A stretch of 64,000 nucleotides of DNA from Zootoca vivipara (taxonomy: Eukaryota), in the NCBI RefSeq assembly GCF_963506605.1, contig NC_083280.1, positions 42,284,001 through 42,348,000 on the forward strand, read 5' to 3'. The number at the start of each line of letters is the position of its first letter. Position 1 is the stretch's first letter. A program made the translations under genes and the position numbers. The notes below the pieces were generated by a model. That model saw only the letters and a program-made list of their open reading frames with translations. It ran no database searches and was not told where the DNA came from. Of this stretch, positions 10,811 to 23,200 are shown piece by piece.

Positions 10811-13800
10811 ATGCCCAGGTTGGTCTAGCAGGTGGCCTCGTGCTAATGAATGCTTCCCACGAGGAAGAGGAAGGCAAACTTTCCTGCAGGAGAAGTGGGG
10901 CGAGTAAGTGGCCAAAGCATGGTCTTCGGCTGGAAAAGAGCAGAAGTTTGGTTTTGAAAGACGATTGGCCAAATATATGGAGGAAAAGACTTATTCGAAG
11001 CATCTAGCTATGATTATGCTCATCCTCCACAGTCTGCTTCTGAATACCAGTTGCAGGAAACCTGTGATTGGATGGGCCACTGACCCGATGCCCCAGGGCT
11101 CTTATTATATTCTTTCTTTAAAAAGTGCCTTTATATCCCACCTTTTTCTCCAAGGAGCTCAAGGTGGCATACATGGTTCTCCCCATCCACAACAACCCTG
11201 GGAGGTAGGATAGGCTGAGAGGCAGTGAGCGACCCAAGGTGAGCTTCATGGCCGCCAAGTGGGGATTTGAACCTTGGTGCCTTAGGTCTGGGTCCAACAG
11301 GACATACTGGCTTACTGGGTTGGTGGTGCTATGCAAAGGGAGGACGCTTTAAACTGGAGGAAGGGTGGCTGGGATTGCCCATTTATTTGAGAGAAAGCTC
11401 CATTGAACTCATCGGGGTTGACTTCTGAGTAAACATGCTTCACTTCAGACTGTGGGGCACAGTTTTGGAAAAGAACAACTTTAAAGAAGCCTTTTTAAAA
11501 AAGTGCATTGTGGCTACGTGAATTGTGGGAGGAGGAGGTGGCCCAAATCAAAGCTGCTCCTCTTGTCTCTTTGCAGGACACAATGGACTGGTGGCTGTGA
11601 GTACTGAGAACTCCTGAGGGGACATGGCATCAGGCCTTTGGGCCCTCTGGAAAGAGATTGGCTCAGAGGGAGGGGGCTGCTGGTCCCTACCTGACTTGTC
11701 ATCTGGGGAAGACTATTTTCTTGTCTGGTGATTAAGTTCAGCAAAAGGAATGGGGTAAGCAGCTGGGACTTCTTCATGGCTAAGAGGATGCTCCTTGCAT
11801 CTTCAGGCTGCCTACCTGCAGAAAGGTGGTTTGAAGACAGCTGTGCTGGAGAGAAGACACCTCGTGGGGGGTGCAGCAGTCACTGAGGAGATTATCCCAG
11901 GTAAGAGCTGTGCTTCCCAGGTGCTGCCCTCCTGCTTCTCCAGGCAGCATCCTATCGCTGCTGCTCCTCAATGCACCTGACATGTACTGTTCTACAGGGT
12001 TTCGCTTCTCCAGAGCCTCCTACCTGCTCAGTCTGTTGAGACCCCAGATTTACTCAGAGCTGGAGTTAAAGGTATGGACTGTTTGCTTGTGCTGGTGGGG
12101 CAGGGTGAGCAGTGACAGTGGGAATTGCTGGGTTCCTGCCTGGTTTCTAGCCATTTCTGCTTGTCATTTTTTGGGCACCTCTGAAGCCAAACCCCTGCCA
12201 AATTCTCTTCCCTTCCTTCCAAAAATAAAAAAGTTCTGATTTGCTGAACAGACCTTGTATCTTCCCAATTATCCCAAGTTACCGTGTAACAAAGACCAGG
12301 GCAGTCTCTTTTCACTCTGCTTTTTTCTTCATTTTAATCTTTAGCCAGCAATTTTAATCCAGGAAGTCAGTCATAGTTCTACCATAGGCCCAGCCCTGTA
12401 GAATCCTCTGCCAGCAGAAATGCAGCAGGCCCCTTCTGTTTCAGCCTCTAAACTCGTACTGAAAATTACTCTATTCTGCTAGGCTTATGTAGACAATTAA
12501 AAATACATCTTTCCATAATAATTAATTCGATGATCTCTGGTTTTAAATTTTGTACGTGTTGTTATATATCGATACTGTGGCAAACCACTTTGGTATTTTA
12601 ATGATATAGTGGTATCTTTTAATAATTTTGTTTTTTTAAATTGATTAATTTTTTAAGTATTAACAAATAACAACAAAAACAATTCCAAATCCAAATATTG
12701 AGATTACTCTGAACCTCCTGACTTCCCCCCATCCCTTCCATGGGTCCTGATGATCATATTTACAACTGCATATCAATATCTATCCAAAAAAATTTCCTTC
12801 TAAATTATCCATACTTTCTGTTACTTTACAAGTGTGATTCAAATCCTGCTAATCTTTTAACTTGCTTACAGTGGTCTTGTAAATAAATTATAAACTTTTC
12901 CCATTCTTTTTTTAAAGCTCTCGTCTTCTTGATTTCTGAGCTTCCCAGTTAATTTTGCCATTTCGGCATAGTCCATCAACTTGGTTTGCCATGCTTCTTT
13001 GGTCAGGGTTGTCTCTGACATCTTTTAATAAATTAATATGCTTGGATGACTAAGCTACCAGGTTCCTACACATTCTGACTGGAGTACCCCTGCCACCCAA
13101 GTTGTACAGTCTGAAATAGCCATTCTCCATCCCTCTGTCTTGGTACCCCGTTTGTCACTGAGGTAGATAGAAACTTATAATCTAAAGGCTGTCAGTTACT
13201 AGGTTTAGGCTGAGAAGGTGATGTTTTTTATTCATTTAAGTTGGGAGATGACATGCAGTGCAAGCCTATCCATGTTTGTTCAGAAGTGAGTCCCACTATA
13301 TTCAGTGCTCACTTCTAGTTGGGTAGGTGCATGTGGGACTGCAGCCTTGGTTGGTGGATGACACAGTTCATAAAATTCTGAATGATATGACCAATGGGCA
13401 CAAATTCTAAGGCCAGTGTTCATAACATGGTCTTGCTTGAGGCCCGTAGGCCTGTGATAGTGAAACCTCCTAAAATCTGAGGACCCAGCGGTTTGTCTCA
13501 CCTCATGTGTGTGATAATTCAGCATGTTCTGTGCATTGCTGCCTTCTGTCTTCCAGAGACATGGTTTAAAAGTGCTTCCACGTGACCCTTATTCCTACAC
13601 ACCGCTACTGGAGGATGGTCGGGCCGGAAAAGCCCCCCGCTCACTGCTGCTGGGGAACAACATGGCTGACACACAGAGCCAGATTGCTCAGTTCTCTGTA
13701 AAGGATGCCCAGGTATTGTGGGGAAAACTTCCTCAGGCATGGAGGGGCAAGAAGCAGGCCCAGTCCAAGACATTTTGTTGCTGGAGGGGGGAATGGTCAA

Positions 13801-16800
13801 ACACAGCCTCCCGCCCAGCCAAGTAATTTTGGCCCCTGAGGGAAAATCGCCCAAAGCATCCCTCTGGCAGTAAAAAAATATAATAGCAATAATCATAGAA
13901 GCGGCTTGCTGGGTGGGCCAAAACCAATATGCTAGTTTCCCAGAAGGTGAGTTGCTGTAGCTTACCAATATGGGGAGCGGGGAGGTGGCAGGGAGCTCAG
14001 CACATTGCAAACACATTGGCAGGAGTGTTGGATTGGCTTCGCCATTGTGTTTGCACCACGACATCCTCCCTGCGACTTCTTGTAACCCACTTTCCACCGG
14101 GAGGCTATTGTAGCAGCTCCACCCCACTTGGTGAGTTGCTTCTGAATATCAAAGTAAATAATTTGCTTTCATGACAGCTAAAATTAGCTGCCTTAGGTAA
14201 CTTCCTCATTCTGCCTAATGGTAGCATTGGCCTGGGCAAAAGTGTTGAATGAGTCAGGGCCACAAGGCACAGGAAACTGGGCCCAAAGACCTGCAGGGAC
14301 TGACTAGGCCCCCAAACACTCATGACTGGCCTGTGGGAAAACATTCCCTTGGCAAATAATAATATAATAATAATTTATTATTTATACCCCGCCCATCTGG
14401 CTGGGTTTCCCCAGCCACTCTGACCGGCTTCCAACAGAAAAATGAAATAAAATAATCTATTAAACATTAAAAGCCTCCCTAAACAGGGCTGCCTTCAGAT
14501 GTCTTCTAAAAAATCTGGTAGCTGTTTTTCTCTTTGACATCTGATGGGAGGGCGTTCCACAGGGCGGGCGCCACCACCGAGAAGGCCCTCTGCCTGGTTC
14601 CCTGTAACCTCACTTCTCGCAATGAGGGAACCGCCAGAAGGCCCTCGGCGCTGGACCTCAGTGTCCAGGCAGAATGATGGGGGTGGAGACGCTCCTTCAG
14701 GTATACTGGACTGAGGCCATTTAGGGCTTTAAAGGTCAGCACCAACACTTTGAATTGTGCTCGGAAACGTACTGGGAGCAAATGGAAGTTGTTGTCTTGG
14801 GAGAATCTCTGTTTGACATGACTGATAGAAGAGCACACAGCAGTTTTCTTTTTCCTTTGTAGGCCTTTCCCAAGTATGAGGTGTTCATGAACCGCTTGGT
14901 GTCAGCCATAGACCCTCTTCTTGATACCTGCCCTTTGGATGTGGCTGGTTTCAGCCAGGGCTCCCTTCTTCAGAAGTTCAGAGCCTTACGAGGCCTACAG
15001 GCCCTGATCCGTGCAGGTAAAGGATAGATGGGCTAGACCAACATTCTTGGAATCAGGGGGGGGGGCTCAGGAATGTGTGCCCACTGGATTTCCCCTCAGT
15101 GGTCATTTTGTGTGTGTGACTGAACCTCTGACCTAACTACTTAAACCGGGATACCTAACCTTGTTGGTCCCAGAGCACATTTGGAAATCTAGGGAACTGT
15201 TGTGGGCACCACAAAATACCCATTTCACAGAAGGAAAATTGGCAATGCTCAACCTTCCCCTTCAAACAAAACAGATGGAAAACTTGCACTCCCCAAACAA
15301 CTAAATACGAGCCAGAACAGCAGGGCCCACCCCCTCAAAAGTAAACAGCCGATGAAAGCAACACTCAGTTGTTAAAAAATAAAAATTGGGTGGAGCAGGG
15401 AGATTGACAGGCATCAGGGGGTGTCTGTAACTCCTGTAGTGCTTGTGAGTGCCACATTAGAGACCCCAGATGTAGACGGTGTGTCAGAACCCCTTCAGAT
15501 GTTGTTGAACTTCAGCTGCCATAATCCCTGTCCATTAGTCATGGTGACTGGGCCTGATAGGAATTAGAGTTCAACGATGTCTGAAATTTAGCAGGTGTCT
15601 CAGCCCTACCCTTCATTTATCTCTCTTCCAGCCCCTTGTTGCTCCAAGCACAGGTTGTTTACAACCTGAAGAGCCCCCCAGGTGGTGTGCTTGGGGGGCA
15701 ACAGTGGGAGAGGGCTTCTGCCTTCATGGACTTCTCAGAGGCATCTGGTTGGCCACTGTGACAAAGGTGATGCTGAATTTGATAGACCATTTATTTGTTC
15801 CAGCAAGGCTCATCCTTTGACTTGGCTCAGCCTCTTGCCTGACCAGTGGGAGAAGCAATGCTCACCTGGTTAAAACTTTCCTTAGGGACTGTCTGAGGTT
15901 CAGGGATGCTCTTTCATCTCTAGCTCTGTATTTGAACTACACCAGACTCCTGTTTTCCTTTTTGCCAGGCTTTACTCTGGGGAAACAGCTTCCGCAATAT
16001 TATCAGGTTCTGACGGCCCCCATTTCCAAGGTAAAAACCACTGCATGACCCAGTCAGAATCCCTCCTGCTCATCAGAATGGTTTCTGCTCCTTCTATAAT
16101 CAATCGGCAGGTTCCTTTAGACCAGGGGTCCCCAAACTAAGGCCCAGGGGCCAGATGTGGCCCAATCGCCTTCTAAATCTGGCCCACAGATGGTCCGGGA
16201 ATCAGCATGTTTTTACATGAGTAGAATGTGTCCTTTTATTTAAAATGCATCTCTGGGTTATTTGTGGGGCATAGGAATTTGTTCATTTCCCCCCCCCAAA
16301 AAATATAGTTCGGCCCCCCACAAGGTCTGAGGGACAGTGGACCGGCCCCCTACTGAAAAAGTTTGCTGACCCCTGCTTTAGACGTTCCGTACTGAGCCTG
16401 TTCGTCTTTCGTCTTGTTGCAGATCTTGGATTTGTGGTTTGAGTCAGAGCCCCTGAAAGCAACACTGGCAACAGATGCAGTGATAGGTGCCATGGCTGGT
16501 CCCCACACACCAGGCAGTGGGTAAGGTTCTGTCCATGTGAACATAGCCTTTGGTTTTTGCCCGTCCTGCCTCTGTGACCCTTCCCACTCCCCATTTCAGG
16601 TTTGGCCCCAAACTCTGTTGCTTATGTGAATGCCCAGAGCAGAAGTGGGGAACCTGGGGCTCTCCAGATGTTGTTGGACTCCAGCGCCCATCAGTTCCAG
16701 CTGGTGTGGTCAGAGGTCAGGGATGAAGGGAGCTGTAGTCCAGCCACACCTGAAGAGCCTCAGGTTCCCCATCCCTTGTCCACCAGAGCCACCAGAGGTC

Positions 16801-19800
16801 TGAAGGTGGGCAACACTCAACACAAGCAGAGATGAGTTATTCCATACTTAAGAACTTTGTGGGCCAGGTTCAACTAACTAGTTGCACTAGCAGAAGGCAG
16901 CACAATGAGTCCCGCCAGCACAATGGGACTCCCCACCTTCTCAGTGCTGTTGTGCCCAGGTCTTGCTTGTAGGATTCCCAAAGGCATTGGCGATGCTGGA
17001 CTAGAGGGGCCAGTGGTCTGGTCTAGCAGGTGCTTCTTGCACTGTTACATTATGTCACTTCCCTGCCCCCCCCACTTCCCATCAGCTCTGGGTGATCAGG
17101 AGAACTCCCCCCCAAGGAGGAGAGAGGAGATTGTTCCCATCAGGCAAGCAGAAATGCTTGCGCCGACAGAGCGATCTCCTTAGCGCTGCTTTGAATTCCG
17201 CCCCATGCTTTTAATTTTTTTGTTGCTCCTTTGGGACTGAAAATGTAGGGCATTAAATATTGTAAAAAAGAAAGCCATTAATGATAACAACGTGCTCGAA
17301 GGGGAAAGTGCCGTGCATTGTAACAGAGTCCTGCTTAGATGAATGCAAGCAGGAGGTAAAGAAAGCTGAGATGGCGCCAAGCCTGCCTGGCCAGCTTCTG
17401 CCGGGGAGATGCTGTGTCTTTTGCCATGCTTTGGGAGCTCTGAGCCCCGCCCGTGGCAGCCCCTAACTCTTGGTGTTTCTCGTAGGTATGTGCTGCTGCA
17501 CCATGTGATGGGTGAGCTGGAGGGGCGCCAGGGGGCCTGGGGCTACGTGGCTGGGGGCATGGGAGCGCTTTCCCAGGCCCTGGCCAATGCTGCAACTGCA
17601 CTCGGGGCTCAGATCTTCACGGACAAGGTGGGTGGATCCAATGAAGGGCAGGCAGTGCAGTGCGAGGGATGCTGATACAGTGTGATGGCATAGGGCAGGC
17701 TTCCTCAACCTTGGCCCTCCAGATGTTTTGAGACTACAGTTCCCATCATCCCTGACCACTGGTCCTGCTAGCTAGGGATCATGGGAGTTGTAGGCCAAAA
17801 GCATCTGGAGGGTCAAGGTTGAGGAAGCGTGGCATAGGGGAAAGAAGTTATCCTGGGACAATTCCCAGAAGGGTAGCTGTGTTCATCTGTGTGGCAGCAA
17901 AAACAACCAAGAGTCTTGTAGCACCTTAAAGATGAACAAGTTTGGCAAAGGCTTTTCTGGACCAGAGTCCACTTTATCAGGTACACAAAGCCTAATCCTC
18001 AGTTGCAACGACATACATATTTACCAATGAAGGCGAGAGCCTTGAAAGCAGTGAGGCCAGAGGGAAATTAAAAGCAGAAAAAGTGCAGGCAGAAGCAATG
18101 CAATTATAGCCAGAATGCACACAGAGTCAGTGCAGTGCCCGTTTGCAACTGCAGTGAGAGGTGACAAAACTCGGCAACGCTGAGTTAATTAACATCTGTA
18201 GCGGGACAGGAAATCATTGTCTCTATTCAGACCCAAATGGGATACAGGCAAACCTCTCGGTGAATTCTGCTTCAGCAGACTCTGGTCCACAAAATGCCCT
18301 GGTGATTATCCTGGAGCAGTGAATGCAATCACTTGGTGCCAATGGGATGCCATGTTTGGCATGCACCAGAAGACAGAGGCAAAGTGACACCCTCCAAAAT
18401 GACAGTGATGTTGGCATCCCTGGAGATTTTTGTGGAGAGGATGAGAAGCTGAAACTGGTGTCCTTCCTACCCCTGCTGGTATCCTGTTGATATGGGGCAA
18501 GTGGCTTTCTCCAGGGACGTGTTTATACTCCCCTCTTCTCAACCCTGCAGACTGTTGCCCAGATTCTTCTGAGCTCAGATGGGAAGGTGCAAGGTGTTTG
18601 CCTCCAGGACGGAACAGAAGTGAAGAGCCGCCTTGTCCTGTCAAATGCATCTCCGCAGCTCACCTTTCTGGAATTGACCCCTCAGGTGAGTCCTCCTCCT
18701 TGGTATAGCATGGGAAGGCCTTGGGGTGTGTGTGTGTGGATTCTCTAGACTTTTCCACTATCCTTGCTTTTTCCTATCAAGCAGCAGGATGCCCAGAGCT
18801 TGCAAAGGATGTCAGGTAGGTCTATTTGCACTCTGGTCCTTGAGGGACAATACCGGTTTATTACAGATACCCTAGAAGAGTGGGGAGCAGAGGAGGCTAG
18901 AGACACCCCCTTTAAGAATTGCCAGTGGGCTGAGCCCTCACGTAGGAATGACTGAGCAAAATATACTGCTGTTCTGGTCCAGGCTGACTGAGAAAGGTGT
19001 GAGAGAGATGTAGCCCAGTTTCTACAACCCAGCAGCCAGTTGCCCCGTCTTGCTTTCTGTACCTGCAAACCAGAGTGTTGCTGTGAAGGGAGGAACTGAG
19101 CTGACTAGAGACTGAATGCATGGAGAGAGAGGGAGGCAGAGTTGAGGATAAGAGTGAAGAAGCTGAGTCCCAAATAGTGTGCTTCTGGTTTCGCCTACTC
19201 TTCCATAATATTCATGAACTATGTGTTTTCAGTACAGCTGGGAAACCCTCTCAGATTTAATGGTTAATCTAATATTGGACCACTGTGAGCCACCCTACCT
19301 TAAAAACACTTCTTTGGTCTGTTGTGTTCGGGGAGAAGGTACTGTCTGGGTGTGCTGCCTTCATAGGTAGATTATTAGCTTTTAATGTTTGATGTTTTGG
19401 TGTGCTCCTTTATACTTCATTGGAAGCCGCCCATAGTGGCTGGGGCAACCCAGTCAGATAGGAGGGGTACAAGAAATGTATTATTATTATTATTATTATT
19501 ATTGGTGGACTTAGGGTAAAAGAGTATTGGAAAATGATACATAATGAATTGAAAAAAATGTTCAAAAGTACTTTTTTTAAAAAAAACCAAAACACCCAGA
19601 GTCTTTTATGTTGGGGATAATTCAGACTGAAATTCCCAGGTGTCAAAAAAGGTTATTTATGTCTGCGACTACTGCGGCCCATGTTTTGTTAGCCAAAAAA
19701 TGGAAAATGAGTGAGGTCCCAACCAAAGAAGAAGGGCAACTTAAATTGACAGAATATGTGCAGCTTGCAGACTTAACATATAGAATAAGAGAACGAATAA

Positions 19801-20217
19801 CATACGTTTAGAGAAGATTGGAAAACATTTATTGAATATATGGGAAATAACTGTGTACAGCTGAAAACGCTGGCAGCATTAAGATAAATTCAACAGTGTA
19901 AATAAGTTTTGGTGGATGTAGTAATGGAATACTGAATGGTATAGTTTTTGTAAAATATGCAGGGATTTATGATATGCAAAATGAACCATGGAAAGAGAAT
20001 AAGTCATTGGTATCTTAAGGATGTAAAAATCAGTACTTTAAATTGTTAAACAGAAAATTGAATAAAAAATTATATAATGTGTGTGTGTGTGTGAAATGTT
20101 GAAATGTATTATTTATTATTAGCATTGCATTAGCATTGGAATCAGAGGCAATGAACTGGCTGCCCAGGATGCTAGGACAACAACACCCCTTTGGGGGACT
20201 GTGATTACCAGCTATTA

Positions 20218-20250
<33 letters not shown>

Positions 20251-23200
20251 GAGAAAGAAGTTCAAACTCCAGTTTTCTTCCAGATACCAAACTATATCCC
20301 AGGATCTCATTCTGTGTCTGGCTGTTCTCTCTAGGAGCAGCTGCCCCCAGAATTTGTCCAGAGAATCTCCCAGTTCGACTCACGCTCTCCAGTCACCAAG
20401 ATCAATGGTGAGTACCATGGAGGCAAAATGGACCAAATGCTTACATGCAAAGGTTCTGCACTTCCATGGTCCTGCAAACAGCAGACAGGAGAAGAGTTGC
20501 CCTGTGGATGAAGAACATGAACATTTTACACGTGGAAGAGAGCGGAAGTCTTTCAATGTCTTACCCAAGGGCAATAGATGCAAACATGGACCTTGTGCCA
20601 AGTGAGGCCAGCAGCACCATGTGTGGCCAGCAGAGGGAGCAGTAATACTACTAATGGGTGGTTTTTTCAAGAAGGTTTCAAGGAGCAGATTCATTCATTT
20701 GTATGCCTCTTCCCCCCGCCCAAAATCATGCTCAAAGTGGATAATAACAAAGAAAACAGGAATGCATTTCAAGCAAACACTGCAAAAACAATTTCATAAC
20801 AACAGAAAAACAATAGCAAATTCAAAAAATGCATTTCGATACAATAAATATAACAAGATTGCTTAAACAACATGCAGCATTCAATAGCAAACATAACAAG
20901 GGAGCATCAGTTTCACCTTAGTCCTAGAAACACCCCTTCCCCTGACATTGCTCAGGTTCCCTCCCCTGCAGCCCTCACAAGGCTTCCAAGGGCAAGAAGG
21001 GGGTGGTGGCTGGAAACAACCCCCCGCCCCAAAATGAGGTGGTCTATGTCTTCCCAATAAAATGCCCAGGCTGGCTGCTGGGAGAATAGAGGGAAGAATT
21101 GGGGAAGCAAGACTCCAGAGCTCCTATTTTCTCTTCCATAAGAGCCCTGGGTTCACCCTGCTCTCCCGTCCCCATGAATATTCATGCAGCTTTCTCCTAA
21201 AACTTCTTAATAATCAAAGACGTGGTTGGTAGCCATTCCCCCCCGCCCCTGCTGTTTCCTTGCTGATAGTGTGTTGGTGGCAGAAGGGCATGTATCCAGC
21301 CAGGACAGAGGGCCTGGATGCTTCCCTTCTCACAGATGACTGGCCTGCCTGCTCTTTCCCGCTTTCCTGCCGACGCTGTTAATAAATCCAAATACCACTT
21401 GGCTATAAAATAACAATGAGTTCATGCAGCTGCACCCGGACGCACCCTAATAAATTAGGTGCAATGGGCTAAAAAGTGCACCTCCCTCCTGCACCAAAAG
21501 GCAAGCCACTCTGACACCACAGGAGGTGTTTGTGCCTTATTTGGAAATGAGGACATTGCTTTTAGAACTTGGAAGCAGGTCCACCACGCAAATGCACATG
21601 GATGCAGAGCAGGGGTGGGGAATCGCAGGCCCTGAAGGCCTTCTATCAAGTGCCCTTGAGACTCTTCCCAGAACGCACCCTCAGCCTTACTTTACGTCCT
21701 TCTTGTTTTTGCCCAGCTGGAATAAAGATCATGAGTGGTTGGGGTCTCACTGGCACTGCACCTCGCAGAGTCCCGAAAGCAAAGTAATGATAATAATAAT
21801 TTATTATTTCTACCCCACCCATCTGGCTGGGTTTCCCCAGCCACTCTGGGCGGCTCCCAACAAAATATTAAAAACACGATAAAAGATCAAACATTAAAAA
21901 CTGCCCTAAACAGGGTTGCTTTCAGATGTCTTCTAAAAGTCAGATAGTTGTTTATTTCCTTGACATCGGATGGGAGGGTGTTCCACAGGGTGGGCACCAC
22001 TACTGAGAAGGCCCTCTGCCTGGTTCTCTTTAATCTCACTTCTCACAGTGAGGGAACCCCCAGAAGGCCCTCAGAGCTGGACCTCAGTGTCCGGGCTGAA
22101 CGATGGGGGTGGAAACACTCCTTCAGGTATACTGGGCCAAGACCGTTTAGGGCTTTGAAGGTCAGCACCAACACTTTGAATTGTGCTCGGAAATGTCCTG
22201 GGAGCCAATGTAGGTCTTTCAAGTCCAGTGTTATGTGGTCTTGGCGGCCACTCCCAGTCACCAGTCTAGCTGCCGCATTCTGGATTAATTGCAGTTTCCG
22301 GGTCACCTTCAAAGTTAGCCCCACACAGAGCACATTGCAGTAGTCCAAGTATTGAAAATGAGGTGGAAGAGGTGGGAGTTGTGGGGCTTAGCACAAAAGA
22401 CTTGGGCCTTGGGCCCCCTTTGCCCCTCCCCTGACACCCCCCTGTCCAGCCTCACCCTCCGTTCCTTCTGTCCACAGTGGCTGTGGACCGGTTGCCTGAT
22501 TTCCGAGCGGCCCCCAATGCCAGGGATGGCTGCCCCTTGCCCCATCACCAGTGCTCCATCCACCTCAACTGTGAAGACATGCAGCTCTTGCACCAGGCCT
22601 TTGAGGACGCCTGCCAGGGGAGACCGTCAAGCAGGTATGGGTGGGAATGCTAATCCCCGCAAGGACTGACTGGCACAGGAGGGGCAGGATGGGGAATCCT
22701 TTAGCTAAAATTGGCCCCATCCTAGCTAAGGAACAAGAACAGCTAAGGGAAAGAGTGTGCTTAAAACTGAGTTACAAGGGGCTCTTGTCTCGTGTCAAAC
22801 AGCTGTGAGTGGACCCTGGTTGCTGCTTTCTTCCATCTGTAAAGCCCTCTGCCAGGCAAGCCCCATAAGTGACCCAGAGCCTCATGTCCTGTTTCCTGGC
22901 ACTGCACTTGTTTGCGAATCAGAAGAGCCCAGATTTGTCTCCTTTGTTGTTGCCAAAGCCCAAACGGAGATCAGCTGTAAGAAGGGAGAGAAAATGTAAA
23001 AATTGCAGTGGAGAGCTGACCGCTGCAGAAACCCACATTGCTCACAGCGGCCTTGTTTTGGCATAGTTCCTAGTCTCAAGACCTTACCATGATATGATCC
23101 TGGTCTAATGAGATAAAACTCCTCTTCTCGAGAAACAAATGGATATTGTCAAGTTCTTCACCGGCATATTTATAGTCCTGTGTGTGCTTTGGGAAGCACT

